A DNA stretch of 64,000 nucleotides from Callorhinchus milii (taxonomy: Eukaryota): contig NW_024704755.1 in NCBI RefSeq assembly GCF_018977255.1, positions 186,001-250,000 of the forward strand, read 5' to 3'. Positions within the stretch are counted from its first letter, which is position 1. Each line of letters starts with the position of its first letter. A program made the position numbers and the translations under genes. This document shows positions 47,858 to 59,990 of this stretch, piece by piece. The notes beneath the pieces were generated by a model. The model ran no database searches. It had not been told where the DNA came from and worked only from the letters and a program-made list of their open reading frames with translations.

Positions 47858-50569
47858 ATGGACCTCACATGTAGCCTCTCCCACACACCTGTCCGCCCCG
47901 GGGCCTCCTCTGTCCCTTCCGGCCACATCATTGTGAATGAGAGGTGGATGGGCTCGGAGCTGGTGTCGGGGTTGCAGGGTAAGTGTGGGTACCGTTGGGA
48001 CACAGCGGCTTGTTCGACCTGACCATTTCTGCTCTGTGGAGACGCTGATTCCTGCTGGGGTGCAGTTCCATGAATATTTCTACTAACCCCCTGTTAACTC
48101 TGCAGTCAAAGCTCTCACGGGGAGGGTGGTCCAAGCCGGACAAGCAGTGAGATAGCTTGTCAGACAACAGTATCAATGACAAGCTATGTGGTTTACTTAC
48201 CTGCCCGTACCCTCTGTTCCTCTGGCTCCGGTCTGCTCTCTGCTCTCAGCCCCGAGGCTCTGGAACTCTATCCCCAGTGCCTTCGCCGCTTCCTCCCTTT
48301 CCTCCTTCAGGGCCGGTCTCAAAACCTTTCTCTTTGACCTTCAGCCTTCAGCTCCCCTCTCACCCTCTCAACTCTCTACCCCCTCCTCGCTCCCTCCCTT
48401 CCCTCACCCTAGCCATTTCCTCCCTGCTCAGGTCCTGACCCAACTGTCCAGCGCCTTGGGACGTCCTCCCGACGGAAAGGCGTTCTATAAATGAAATCTT
48501 GTTGTTGTTTTAGCTGGTTAAACTCTAGCAGTTACCCCAACACACTCTCTGGGGTCCCCAAGCCTTGGCTCTTACCAACCTCTGCCTAATACTCTCTGGA
48601 ATTAGATAAGTAGCGTGTGTCCCTCCAGAGAGAGAGCGCATCCACGTTCTATTGCATGTATAAGTGGCATAAATATATAGAACTCGGTCTGGGTTGACAA
48701 CTCTTTAGCACCTTTACGTGTGCCAGACACCTGGCTGATGACGGTGATGGGTTTCTGTGTGTAAGACTAAAGGCAGATTCTGTGGGTGCTCTCCACGTGT
48801 TTGCTTTGACTCATCGGTTCGTACCTGAGATTTTAACCTTTCTGTTGCCCTTTATTTTATTTCAATCCTGAAATGAGTCACTGGTATCGGGGCGAGGCTG
48901 GGGGAGCACTGTGTTGTTTCCTCTTCCAGGGTACCGTATGGCAGGGATAGGTTATCAGCAATTTTAGCCATTGGGCTGAGCAGCGCTGGGATTCACCTGA
49001 GAGTCAGAAGGGCAACTTCATGACCTGCATTGTACAGCAGAGCTTTATCAGCTGATATCACTGCTGTCTGAAGCCAGCTCAGATCTGAGTGACTGGTGCT
49101 TGCCAAGGCTGATGTTGACCTCAGTGGTGCCCAGTTAGGGAGAGGTCCCATGATCACAGTCCAGCCCTGAGTGAATTTACTGTCATGTCGTTGCCAGGTT
49201 GGATTACAACTGTGTTTGAGGATGGCCTGGGATTGGTGGATTTCCACCTCTCGAAGCAGATGTGTGTGTTTTACATCTCGGAGGTGGATCTCGTGGCTGG
49301 AAACAGCTACAAAAGGAAACTGGTCCAATTCCGCAACGTGAGTCCGACCGATGAGACAGTGTGTCAGCGAGCGATTCCAGAGTAAAATGCATTCCCTGTC
49401 AACTAGTGGACTCCTGTTAGCCTCAGTCTGACTGGGCTAGGATAAGCCCCATCATTCCCACTTCTGAACTGCTGTGTTGGCCTATCCCGTACTCCACTTC
49501 ACATGCAGGGCCTGTGCAACCACAACCAAGCATGTAATGAGAGTGGGGGGAGGGGGGTTCTTTTCCCCTTCAGAGACAATCAGAGCTGTTCGGTGGCTGG
49601 GAGTCGCTCTGCGCTGCGAGCTGCTGTTTTGTGTTGCTGGGTTGGGGGGTCTGCTCCTGATCTGTGCCCAGTTGCCACTGTGTGGAGAGGGGAACCAGGG
49701 AGAACAGGTGAAATAGGCGGAATAGAGGGGAGGGACGATGTGAGTTGAGAATGACCGATACACTGAGTGAGACTAAACAGGCTGGTTTCTCTTTCTCCCG
49801 TTAGGCGAGCACGCTGCACGGGGCGGTGCTGGTGGAGAGGACAGGCCTGAGCGAGCAGTACTTCGCCGGTGTGCAGAGGTTTGTGGTGCTGGAGCTGGGC
49901 CTGACGCTGCTGCCGGTGGCTGGACAGGCCCAGGCCTCCCAGCTCCTCATCCAAATGGTGAGCGTCCCATGGAGCCCAGCACTGTGTGGGTGGGGGGGAG
50001 GTTGGGTGTGTGGGAGGTGGGTATGTGTGTGTGGGGGGGTGGGTGTATGTGGGGGATGTGGCTATGTGGGGGGGGTGGGTGGGTGCGTGGTGGTGTTGGG
50101 TGGGTGGGTGAGAGGGTGTGTGGGTGGGGGGGTGTGGGAGGGGTTTGGGGGTGTGTGTGTATGTGTGTGGGAGGTTGGTATGTGGGGGGGTGGGTGGGAG
50201 ATGTGGGTAGGTGGGTGGGGGATGTGGGTGGGGAGGTGTGTGTGTGAGAGGGGGTGTGGGTGTTTGGGATGGGATGGGTTCTGTCACACACAGTGAGCCG
50301 CTCTCTGCCTGTTTCAGGTGCAGGAGGTCAGTAAGGAGCCCGGACACAACCCATTCCTGAGGCGGAGCTGCTCCCGGCCGGCAGAGCCAGCGCTGCTCAT
50401 CTCCGTCCAGCAAATCCCAGGAGTCGGCAAAGTCAAGGCAGCCACACTGCTGCAGCACTTCCCCAGCCTCCAGCAGCTTAGCCAGGCCTCCACCAGTGAG
50501 CTACAACCCCGGGTGGGACGGCTCATTTCTCAGCAAGTCACCAGCTTCTTCTGCCAGGACTGGCCCTGA
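47858..50569 (+). CDS. FAAP24: Fanconi anemia core complex-associated protein 24
   Basis: Exons 47858-47978, 49198-49337, 49805-49957, 50318-50569. VPSGHIIVNERW.GSEL, FEDGLGLVDFHLS, DLVAGNSYKRKLV, SEQYF..VQRFVVLELGLTLLPV and the HhH motif VQQIPGVGKVKA..LLQHFPSLQQLS match recalled FAAP24. Confidence 0.96.
48195..48510 (+). mobile_element. L2 3' fragment
   Basis: SAPRLWNSIP..FRAGLKTFLF plus tail. Confidence 0.85.
49985..50270. repeat. G/T low-complexity tract in the last FAAP24 intron
   Basis: Directly visible. Confidence 0.85.
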
Positions 50570-51250
50570 GCTCAGCCCCAGCCTCCAGTCCTGCTGTATC
50601 TCCCGGGGGCTGTGGATGGGGAACACGCTGTGTGGAAGATGCTGGAGAAAGAATATCAAATCACAGGGCACCGGATTGGGGTAAAGTTCAGCCTTGGCAA
50701 AGTCATTTTCACTTTATTTCAATCTCATTTCCTTGATGACATACATACACAAGCTTCATATTTTTACACACCTTCATTTACCAACAGGAGCCGTTTGAGA
50801 CACCCTCGTTTCTGGTCTGGTGCTGCCGGGAGCCGGGGCCGCACTAGGCGTCCTGGGCACTTATCAGTATTTACATGTCAATCAGTGTGACCAAATCATC
50901 TGCGACTCGCTTAACAACTGAGACGGGAATAAACTGTACAATAACCTTCCTTGTTACCCAACGTCCTGCGTCACACTCACAAACACACCCTGAACCAAAG
51001 TTACTTTATAAAAAAAAAGTCACAGAATCTCAGTAATATTCACAGTCACATTGCCTCTGATTATTGGTGTGTTGCGAGCATAAACAGTCTTTCTGTGGGT
51101 GGGGGTGAGTCAGGCAGGGAATCCGCTCACTCACTGACTGGTCAGACTCAGACCATTGTCCTGAGGATGGCGTCGGGGGTCCACAGCACGGACATGTCTC
51201 CATCATGTGGCCTGACGCACAACATGCTACCGTCATGGGAGGTGAACCCC

Positions 51251-54200
51251 TCAGTATAGGGAGCTGCCTTCGTGCATGGTGAAGTTGGGGCCGGTGGGCA
51301 GGCTGGTGGTGCTCGCACTCTGCTTGCTGTTCTTGATGCCCCAGCTCAGGAACGAGAGCTTTTTGGCCTCTTTCTTGCCCTTCCTGCCCCTGCCAGTGTC
51401 CGCTGCGAGGCAGCTCAGCGAGTATGTGTGGGGCAGCGCTCCGCTGTACGTGGCACTCTTGTTGGGCTGAGAGTTACATGAAGTCAAACAATAGTGAGAA
51501 TACAACAGCTTGTACATATATAGCGCCCATGTCGCAAGGTGGTGTTACAGACATTTAATCCTCTCATTGGGCCGTGCATTGGCTCTGGAACTTGCGTCTT
51601 ATAAATCTGGTTCTGTAGAGCTGTTTGTCATGTGATGGGCTGTGCAACCGGCAGTTAAGACTACAGTAAACCCCGGTATTAACAACCAGTCGATCGGCAT
51701 CATAATTACACTTAGCGGGAAATTCCGGGTTGCCAGGCTACCCTGGCTCTCTTCCCCCCACCCACTTCTCCGGCAGCTGGTGTTAGTGTATGTGTGTTTG
51801 CAGGAACCACTCACCGGCTGCCCCAGCTCAGGCCCCTGAGGGCTGATCACATGAATGTCCAGTCCTTCCTCAGGCATTTCCTTCAATATCTTCATCACCT
51901 CGCTCACACCGCTCCACTTACAGTCCCCCCCGGCCAGGCTCACAAGGAAATCCCCATCCCTCAGCCCTGACAGCTAGAGAGAGTGAGAGCAACAGAGTGA
52001 CAAGAGAGAGTGAATAAGTGACAGAGGGAGAGTGACAGTGAGCGCGAGTGGCTAAGTGAATATGCCAGGAGTAGTGACTCACGGCGGCTGTGCAGGTAGG
52101 GTCCAGACTGGTGACCTGCACGGGAGCCTCACCGCGGAGGGTGAAGCCCAGGTCCCCGGCCTCCTGCCGCAGGTGTACTCTCCGAGGAGCTGTCCACTTC
52201 TGCTTGGCTGAAAATACACTCAGAGGTCCCTGAGAGAGAGAACAAAAGGGAGGAAGATTGTCAATCAGGAGGTAACCTGAATCACAGCCACATATTCCTT
52301 AGCGCAGGGTGGGGGTTAGGCTCACCAGTTTGTGGAAGAAATCTGTGACTTGGATACTGGAGAACTGGGGAGTGATGGCTTGCACCGTCTGGTCAGCGTC
52401 ACCTGCAGACAGTACACAGCGTCAGTGTGTGCCTGGGAGGGAGGGAGAAAGGGAGGGAGGGAGGGAGGAGACTCACCGACGATTTCGGGGGCTGGGGTCA
52501 TGTCGAAGTCATCCTCGTGGTGGTGTTGGGTGTATTTTCCAAGCGAGCGGGTGTGAGCGACACGGAGAATCTCCAGCACAATCTCCGGCTTGGGGCAGCG
52601 GCCCGCGTGCCACAGAGCCTCCTCCTGCCCAGCAATCGCCCTCCGCAGGTGAGCTTCTCCTGTGGGGACAGCAGGGAGTGAGCGAGTGTCAGAGGCACAG
52701 AAGGAGGCCATTTAGCCCATTATGCCGCTCCTTTAAGAGTTCCCACTCCCCATCTCCCCTTCAAGTGCAAATCCTTTTCAGTCCATTTGCCTGTGGCCTC
52801 ACCCATGGCTCCACTCCCCTCCCCACCACCACCACCAGCCCCTCGCCTCCCATGGCTCCACTCCCCTCCCCACCACCACCACCAGCCCCACTCCCCCCAT
52901 CACCAGCCCCTCGCCTCCCATGGCTCCACTCCCCTCCCCACCACCACCACCAGCCCCACTCCCCCATCACCAGCCCCTCGCCTCCCATGGCCCCGCTCCC
53001 CTCCCCACCACCAGCCCCACTTCCCCCATCACCAGCCCCTCGCCTCCCATGGCCCCACTCCCCCATCACCAGCCCCAGTCCCTCTCCCATGGCCCCACTT
53101 CCACCACCAGCCCCATGGCCCCACTCCCCCATCACCAGCCCCAGTCCCTCTCCCATGGCCCCATTTCCACCACCAGCCCCATGGCCCCACCCCAACACCA
53201 GCCCCACGCCCTCTCCCCTGTTACCAAGCCGATGGCGATGCTCTTGGTCGCTTATAACAAGTGGTTCGTCCGGCAACTTCACCACAGCCCGAGCCACAGC
53301 CTCAACCTCGTCACCAGGGCTCACTGTGTGTGTGAGACAGTGAGAGAGAGGTGAGTGAAGGAGAGAGACGGGGGAGCGGGGAGAGTGCGAGACGGTGAGC
53401 AGGGAAAGGGGTGGGGCAGTGTGTACTCACACTCGTGGTCGAGCAGGGCGAGGGCGAGGAAGTAATGGCCGAGGGCCCGGTAATGCTCGTGTTTGAGGTG
53501 CAGCAGTGAGAGCCAGGCCGGCGGCGTGTGCTCCCTCACCGGTGGTTGTGACACCGACACCAGGACCACAGAGTACACATCAGCAACCTGCACCAGGCAC
53601 ACCAGGGAGAGAGGGAGAATGTGAGTGGGAGACAGAGAGAGGGTGAATGTGGGAGGGAACGAGACTGAAAGATAGCGAGAGGTTGAGTGAACGACAGAGA
53701 GGGTTAGTGTGAGAGACAGAGAGTGAGGGAGAGAAAAAGGGTGAGTGAGAGACAGAATGAGAGAGAGACAGAGAATGAGAGAGAGAGAGAGAGCGAGTAT
53801 GAGAGTGAGAGATGGAGAGAGGGTGAGTGTGAGAGCGACTTAAAGACAAGAGAACGAGTGAGGCAGAGTGACAGGCAGGAGGTACCTTGGCTGCCCCCTG
53901 TGCTGTGAACAGGAGACTGGGGACTTGATTGGGGACACCGGGCAGGACCTGCCGCTGGAAGCCACACTCCTGTGCCTGAGCCAACAGCAGGAGGGACAGC
54001 ATATGCAGCATGGCCGGGCTCAAGTCAAAGCTCGGCGTATGTGTGAACACCTCCCTCAGGTGGTTCAGCACGCCTATAACACACAATACACGCCATTAGC
54101 ACACACATCGCATACAATTAACATGTAGCACACATGATTAACATGTAGAGCACACATGATTAACACGCCAGCAACATGCAAAGCACATGCCAGCAACACG

Positions 54201-57009
54201 TGCACTTCCCAGGTGTGGAGCAGAGTGACAGACAATGAGGGAGGGGGGTGTTGGTGCCCTCCTCACCCATCACCAGCACAGTCTCCCTGGTGCCAGTGGA
54301 AACATCTAGACCTTGTGTGAGCCGGGCCCCGCAATGCGGTGACTGACCTGCGGCGCGCTGGAAGGCGAGGATGGCAGTGTCCAGGCCTGACATGGAGCTC
54401 CGGTCACTGCGGGCACCGAGTTGTGTGTGCAGTGCTGCAATGTTAAACAATATGCTGGCCTTCTCCAGCCCCACGTGCTGCTGGCACACGGGCACGCCAG
54501 TGAAACAGTCATACCTGCCAGGCAAGCACAGCATGATGTGAATAAAGCCATAACCCACACAGACACACACGCATGCAGACATATGCAAGCATGTAGACAC
54601 ACTCAAATGCACGCACACACACATACCCCTGGCACAGACACCCTGGTGCACAGACACACACGCAGACACCCTGGTGCACAGACACACACGCAGACACCCT
54701 GGTGCACAGACACACACGCAGACACAGACATCCTGGTGCACAGACACCCTAGTGCACAGACACACAGACATTCTGGTGCATAGACATGCGTGTAGGCTGT
54801 TACCAGGTGAAGAAGATGCCCAGGTGACGGCTGGGGGGGAAGAGCCGGTTCTCCAGTAAGTTGAGCTGATTGTAATAGGAGATGAGCAGCTGCACCCCAG
54901 CCTCATCCCTGCTCGGGGTGCGGGTAGCCTGTGCCAGAGAGACAGAGGTCAGCCCTCCACCCCAGAGCCACCATCCAGCCCCCCAAGCCCCACGGCTTCC
55001 AGCCCCCCAGACAAGAGCCCCCATCGCCCTCCCCCAGAGCCCTGCAGCAGTCCCCCTCCACCAAGGCCACTCACCTGCCGCAGGTCCATCACATCCAGGA
55101 TACTGTCTTCATATGCAGATGGCTCCTCACTGTAATGTTCCTGAATAAAATCCTGGAGACGAGGATCCATGTCAGTGTTAGTATCAGTGTCACACTGCAG
55201 CCAGAGGCTGGGGCAGGGGATGGGAGTAAAGTGATTTAAATTCATATAGACTTACTTTGAAAGGGGTCATGAAATCCACCTCCCGAGTCTCCTTCAGGCC
55301 CAATGGGATGAATGGGATTGTCAGCATCTCCCTGTAACACAGACACCCAGTGCCAGACATCAGCATCAGTGCACACGCACACAAAATCACACACACACAC
55401 GGGCACACAGTGAATTGACTACATTTTGTGAGGAAAACGTGGCAGCCAGCAGTGTCCCACAAACAGTCATGGATTTTTTTAAGGGATTATTATCCCCGGA
55501 AAAGCAATCTGCCAATTGACTAATAACCAGCTTTCTACTTACTGCTGGGTAAACAGAGGCATGGGGAGCAAGAAAACTTGCCCAATATTTCGTCCTGCCC
55601 GGGAATTAAATCTAGGTCCTCTCGCTTGCGAGGCGAGCGCGCTAACCAATACACTACGGGACTCCACGATGGTGGAAACTCACTCCTGGTTCTGATAAAC
55701 TTCAACGGAGCTGTTCAGCCCCTCCAGCTCCTCCTTCAGCAGCTGCAGGTCAGAGTTGACGTAGCTCAGCTCCACCAGCGCCAGGTCCCGCACCTTGGCG
55801 TTGTCCGTTGCTCTGGAGACACGCAGATCACAGGTCACACAGGTTCCAGCTCAGATCAGGATTCTCCCCATCACAAAGCTCAGCATTTTGTTGCCCCCAC
55901 CCGTTCTCCTCCACTTATTGTGGGCTGGAATCCATTCCCCCCTCATCGTATCCTCCCCATTTTGATCCCCCCGTGGGCTGGCTGGTATGCAGGGAATGTA
56001 TTGCTCTCGCTGCACCAGTAAAACCTGCTGCACAGCTTCCCCGCGAGTGAGCACGTCACTAGGCACAAGGTCACACTGACGTCAGTCTGTTCTTGCCTCA
56101 CTATCTCTCCATCTCTGTAACCTCCACCTGTGGTCCCAACTCCAAGTCCCCAGCACCCAGCCCCTCTGCAGCACCTCAGCCCCCGCAGCCCCTCCCCATG
56201 CAGACTCACCGCAGCAGGTTCTCGGCACCCGCTCGCAGCCTCACGGCTTTGATGATTTGCTGGTTCAGAGTCACTCGTTTACTCTGGAGTTTGCTGCGTC
56301 CAGTCTGAGCGCACGGATTACAGCCCTGGAACACACAACAGTGTCAGCCCATGCACTTTCCCCTACCCGGCACAGTTAGTGAGTGGTGCCCAGGGCTTGG
56401 CACAGGTAGTGAGCAGGTGAACCACAGCGCGGGTGAAGCTGCCCCACCCTCCTAGAGAGAGACTGGAATTTTGACCTCCCCCATGTTACCAGGCGGTAAC
56501 TGTCACATTACGTTTATTTACAGAGCAATTAAACACAATCTTTGCATTTGATACCAGCGCCTTATCCCATCGTTGAGACGTCTCAAAGTGCTTCACAGAA
56601 TATACTGTAAATTGGAGTGACTGTGTATTTTGTGGGTGAAACAGTGAAAGATTGTGTGCACAATTGCTCAGCGCAGAGCGGTAGCTTGTGACAGTGACAC
56701 ACTCACAGTGACACATTCAGAGATACAGTGACATACTCAGTGTGACACACTCACAAATACAGTGACACACTCAGACACAATGACACACTCAGTGTGACAC
56801 TTAGTCAGTGACACACACACACAGTGACACACATAGACACACTGACACAGTGACACACTTAGACACACACAGTGACACACTTAGACACACTGACACACAG
56901 TGACACACTTAGACACAGTGACACACTCAGTGTGACACACTCACACTCACAGACGCACCTTTCGGAAGTAGCTGTCGCTGCGGCCCGCGGGTTGGATGGT
57001 GTCGGTCAT
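51251..57009 (-). CDS. RHPN2: Rhophilin-2 (HR1, BRO1 and PDZ domains)
   Basis: 15 minus-strand exons: 56959-57009, 56210-56325, 55684-55812, 55256-55331, 55075-55152, 54804-54928, 54348-54514, 53886-54073, 53431-53587, 53225-53323, 52477-52659, 52326-52402, 52083-52229, 51815-51973, 51251-51466. [37 protein letters not shown] and KKLSFLSWG match recalled RHPN2; the FAAP24/GPATCH1 neighbours agree. Confidence 0.96.
52803..53205. repeat. C-rich minisatellite (CCCATGGCYCCACTCCCC..CACCAGCCCC)
   Basis: Directly visible, in an RHPN2 intron. Confidence 0.9.
54630..54790. repeat. (CAGACACCCTGGTGCACAGACACACACG)n repeat
   Basis: Directly visible. Confidence 0.85.
56690..56950. repeat. (CAGTGACACACT)n-type repeat in RHPN2 intron 1
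   Basis: Directly visible. Confidence 0.85.
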
Positions 57010-57989
57010 CGCGGCGCCGGGAATCGGGTAAAAAGGACGAAAAGCGCCGCCCGGACACGGGAGCCCAGATCCGGCTCTGCTCCCCCTCAAGCCCTCCTCC
57101 CGGGGTCTGGCCGACCGCTGCCCCACTCTTGGGGTGTGTGTGTAAGACAGTGCCAGACAGTGTGTGTGTGTGAGAGAGAGAGAGTGTCAGACTCCCCGTG
57201 TGGGTCTCTCTCTCTGTCTGTGTGGGTCTCAGGTGTTCTCAACCCTTCACCTGTGTGAGCGCCGCACCTGCCCAGGCCCCGCCTCCTGCACGTAACTCAA
57301 TGTGTGTCGGCCCCACCCCCAGTGCACATCTCATCATCAATCATTCACCACAAATATTCTCCCCACCCGCTTACCCCCACCCCTGGCCACGAGGGGTAGA
57401 GGGCAAACAGCACCCGGACTGAGCTCACACGGTCAGACCACGCGAGTTGGGGGGTAGTGTTCTCTTATGTTTTTATTTCCCTGGTTACCTAATGGCAAGG
57501 AATAGTAGACGCAGGTTGGGAAGAGTCCAGGCTTGGGGACCCCAGAGTGTGTGTTGGTGTATTACTGGAGCTTAACCAGCTAAAACCATATCGCTTGCCA
57601 TTGAAATCACTGTCAATGGGGACTACCCTGTCCATAAGGGTTTTGGCTTGCAGGGTTAGCAACAGTAACTTGCATTTATTTAGCACCCGGAGCACCTAAC
57701 AGGAGCTGAGTAGGAGGATTACCTGGCCCCAGTGATTGGTATTCCTTTCCAGGTCCTGCCAATGAGCCAGGCTGGCTCTACTGTCATCAGCAGTGCCCTG
57801 GAATACGGGTTCAGAAACTGAGACCATCACAGAGGGTTGGCTCGATTCTGACATTCTGTTGCAAACATGTCAACTTGGAGCCAGTTCATCCCCGAGGTGA
57901 CTTCACTGCCCCAGGATGCCATGACGATTGGTGGGAGGACGGTTGACAGGGTTGTGGAATGATGAGATACAATGAGATGGCCCACTCCA

Positions 57990-59122
57990 GTAGGTGGTGT
58001 CTTACTCTCCCACTGTCTCCACTTTGTCGCCACTGGAGGCTTCTCCTCCAGCCCCCATATCGTCACATGTGGTGTCCCTCAGGGCTCTGTCCTTGGTCCT
58101 CTCCTTTTCAATATCTATATGCTTCCCCCTTGGTGACATCGTCCGCAGACATGGGATCAACTTGCACATGTGTGGATGACACTTAACTCTACATCTTTGC
58201 CTCCACTCTTGATTCCAGGACCACTGCTGTCCTCACAGACTGCCTGACAGACATCAAGTCCTGGATGAGAGCTAACTTCCTGCAGTTGAATGTCAACAAG
58301 ACCAAGGACCTCCTGCTTGGCTCCTGTCAACGCCACCATACCTTAGGAGTTGACAGCGTCTCCCTCCATGGATGCACACTGCATCTCACAGAGCCAATAC
58401 AGAACCTCAGCATCCTGTTCGAACCTCAATTATCCTTCATACCCTACATCCATGCCATGACCCACTCCGCCTTTCCCCACTTCTGCAACATTGCTCAACT
58501 CCACCACTGTCTCACATTGTAGGCCACCAATCTACACATTCATAACATCCAGGTTCAACAACGCAAACTTCCAGCTTCTTGGCCTCCCCAACTGCTCCCT
58601 CCATAGGCTGCAAATCATCCAGAACTCTGCAGCCTGTGTCCTCTCCCGCACCAGGCTCCGCGACCCTATCACCCACATCCTAACCCGACTCCACATCACA
58701 CAGAGGATTCAGTTCAAGATCTTGGTCATCATTTTCAAAGCCCTCCATGGCCTTGCTCCCCCCTACGTCTGCGACCTCCTAACCCCCTATCCACCTGCCT
58801 GCTCCCTCTGTTCAGTGGATTCCGGCCTCCTTCATGTCCCCCGCCTCCCCTGTCCCACCATTGGTGGGCCTTTAGCCACTCTGCCCCCCCCTCTGGAATT
58901 CCATCCTGCAGTCCCCCTGGCTCGGCCCCTCTCTTGCCTCCTTCAAATCTTGTCTCAAGACCCTCCTCTTCGACCGTGCCTTTGGTTAATCTCCTCCTCC
59001 CCTACCCTCCACCCAACCCCGATCCCACCCCCAGCTCGGGTCCCAAACTCTGATTGTCCAGCGCCTTGGGACGTCCTCCCGTCGTGAAAGGCGCTTTACA
59101 CATGTAATTTTGTTGTTGTTGT
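57990..59122 (+). mobile_element. L2 LINE, RT and C-terminal part, degenerate
   Basis: VDDT, MRANFLQLNVNKT, LQIIQNSAACVL, RIQFKILVIIFKALHGLAP; (GTT)n tail. Confidence 0.92.
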
Positions 59123-59140
59123 CAGGAATTTTGTGATTCT

Positions 59141-59468
59141 GGAGTCCTGTAGCTCAGTGGTTAGAGCACTCGCTTTGCAAGTGAGAGACCTGAGTTCAAT
59201 TCCAGGCAGAGGGCGAAACCTTGGGCAAGTTTCCTTACTCCACACAGAGCCTAATAATAATCCTCCAAAACCAATAAAAACAATAATAAATTGGTCATTT
59301 TCAATCTACGACTGTTTGTGGGACATTGCTGTGCACAATTGGCTGCCGCGTTCGCCCACAAATATACAGTCAATTCACTTTACAGTGTGTTCTGTGAAGC
59401 GCTTTGGGACGTCCTCCCGACGTGAAAAGCGCTATATCAAATGCAAGGATTATTATTATTATATTATT
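59141..59468 (+). mobile_element. Full-length young DeuSINE
   Basis: Same SINE consensus. Confidence 0.92.
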
Positions 59469-59520
59469 CTGCAACAAACGGGCAGTGAATATTGACTGAG
59501 GTTGTGAATGTGCAGAGAAG

Positions 59521-59968
59521 CAGCGCCCTCTGGCGGGGACGCGGGGAGCAGCGCCCTCTGGCGGGGACGCGGGGAGCAGCGCCCTCTGGCGGGGACGCGG
59601 GGAGCAGCGCCCTCTGGCGGGGACGCGGGGAGCAGCGCCCTCTGGCGGGGACTCGGGGAGCAGCGCCCTCTGGCGGGGACGCGGGGAGCAGCGCCCTCTG
59701 GCGGGGACTCGGGGAGCAGCGCCCTCTGGCGGGGACGCGGGGAGCAGCGCCCTCTGGCGGGGACTCGGGGAGCAGCGCCCTCTGGCGGGGACGCGGGGAG
59801 CAGCGCCCTCTGGCGGGGACGCGGGGAGCAGCGCCCTCTGGCGGGGACGCGGGGAGCAGCGCCCTCTGGCGGGGACGCGGGGAGCAGCGCCCTCTGGCGG
59901 GGACGCGGGGAGCAGCGCCCTCTGGCGGGGACGCGGGGAGCAGCGCCCTCTGGCGGGGACGCGGGGAG
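59521..59968. repeat. 16 x 28-bp tandem array (CAGCGCCCTCTGGCGGGGACGCGGGGAG), each unit with a CTCF-type motif
   Basis: Units start every 28 bp from 59521 to 59941; the only variation is G>T in units 5, 7 and 9. Confidence 0.97.
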
Positions 59969-59990
59969 CAGAGGCCACGGTAGACCAACA

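Noticed and set aside
59521-59968. CRISPR-like 28-bp repeats
   Set aside because: No spacers, no cas genes, and a eukaryotic spliced-gene context.
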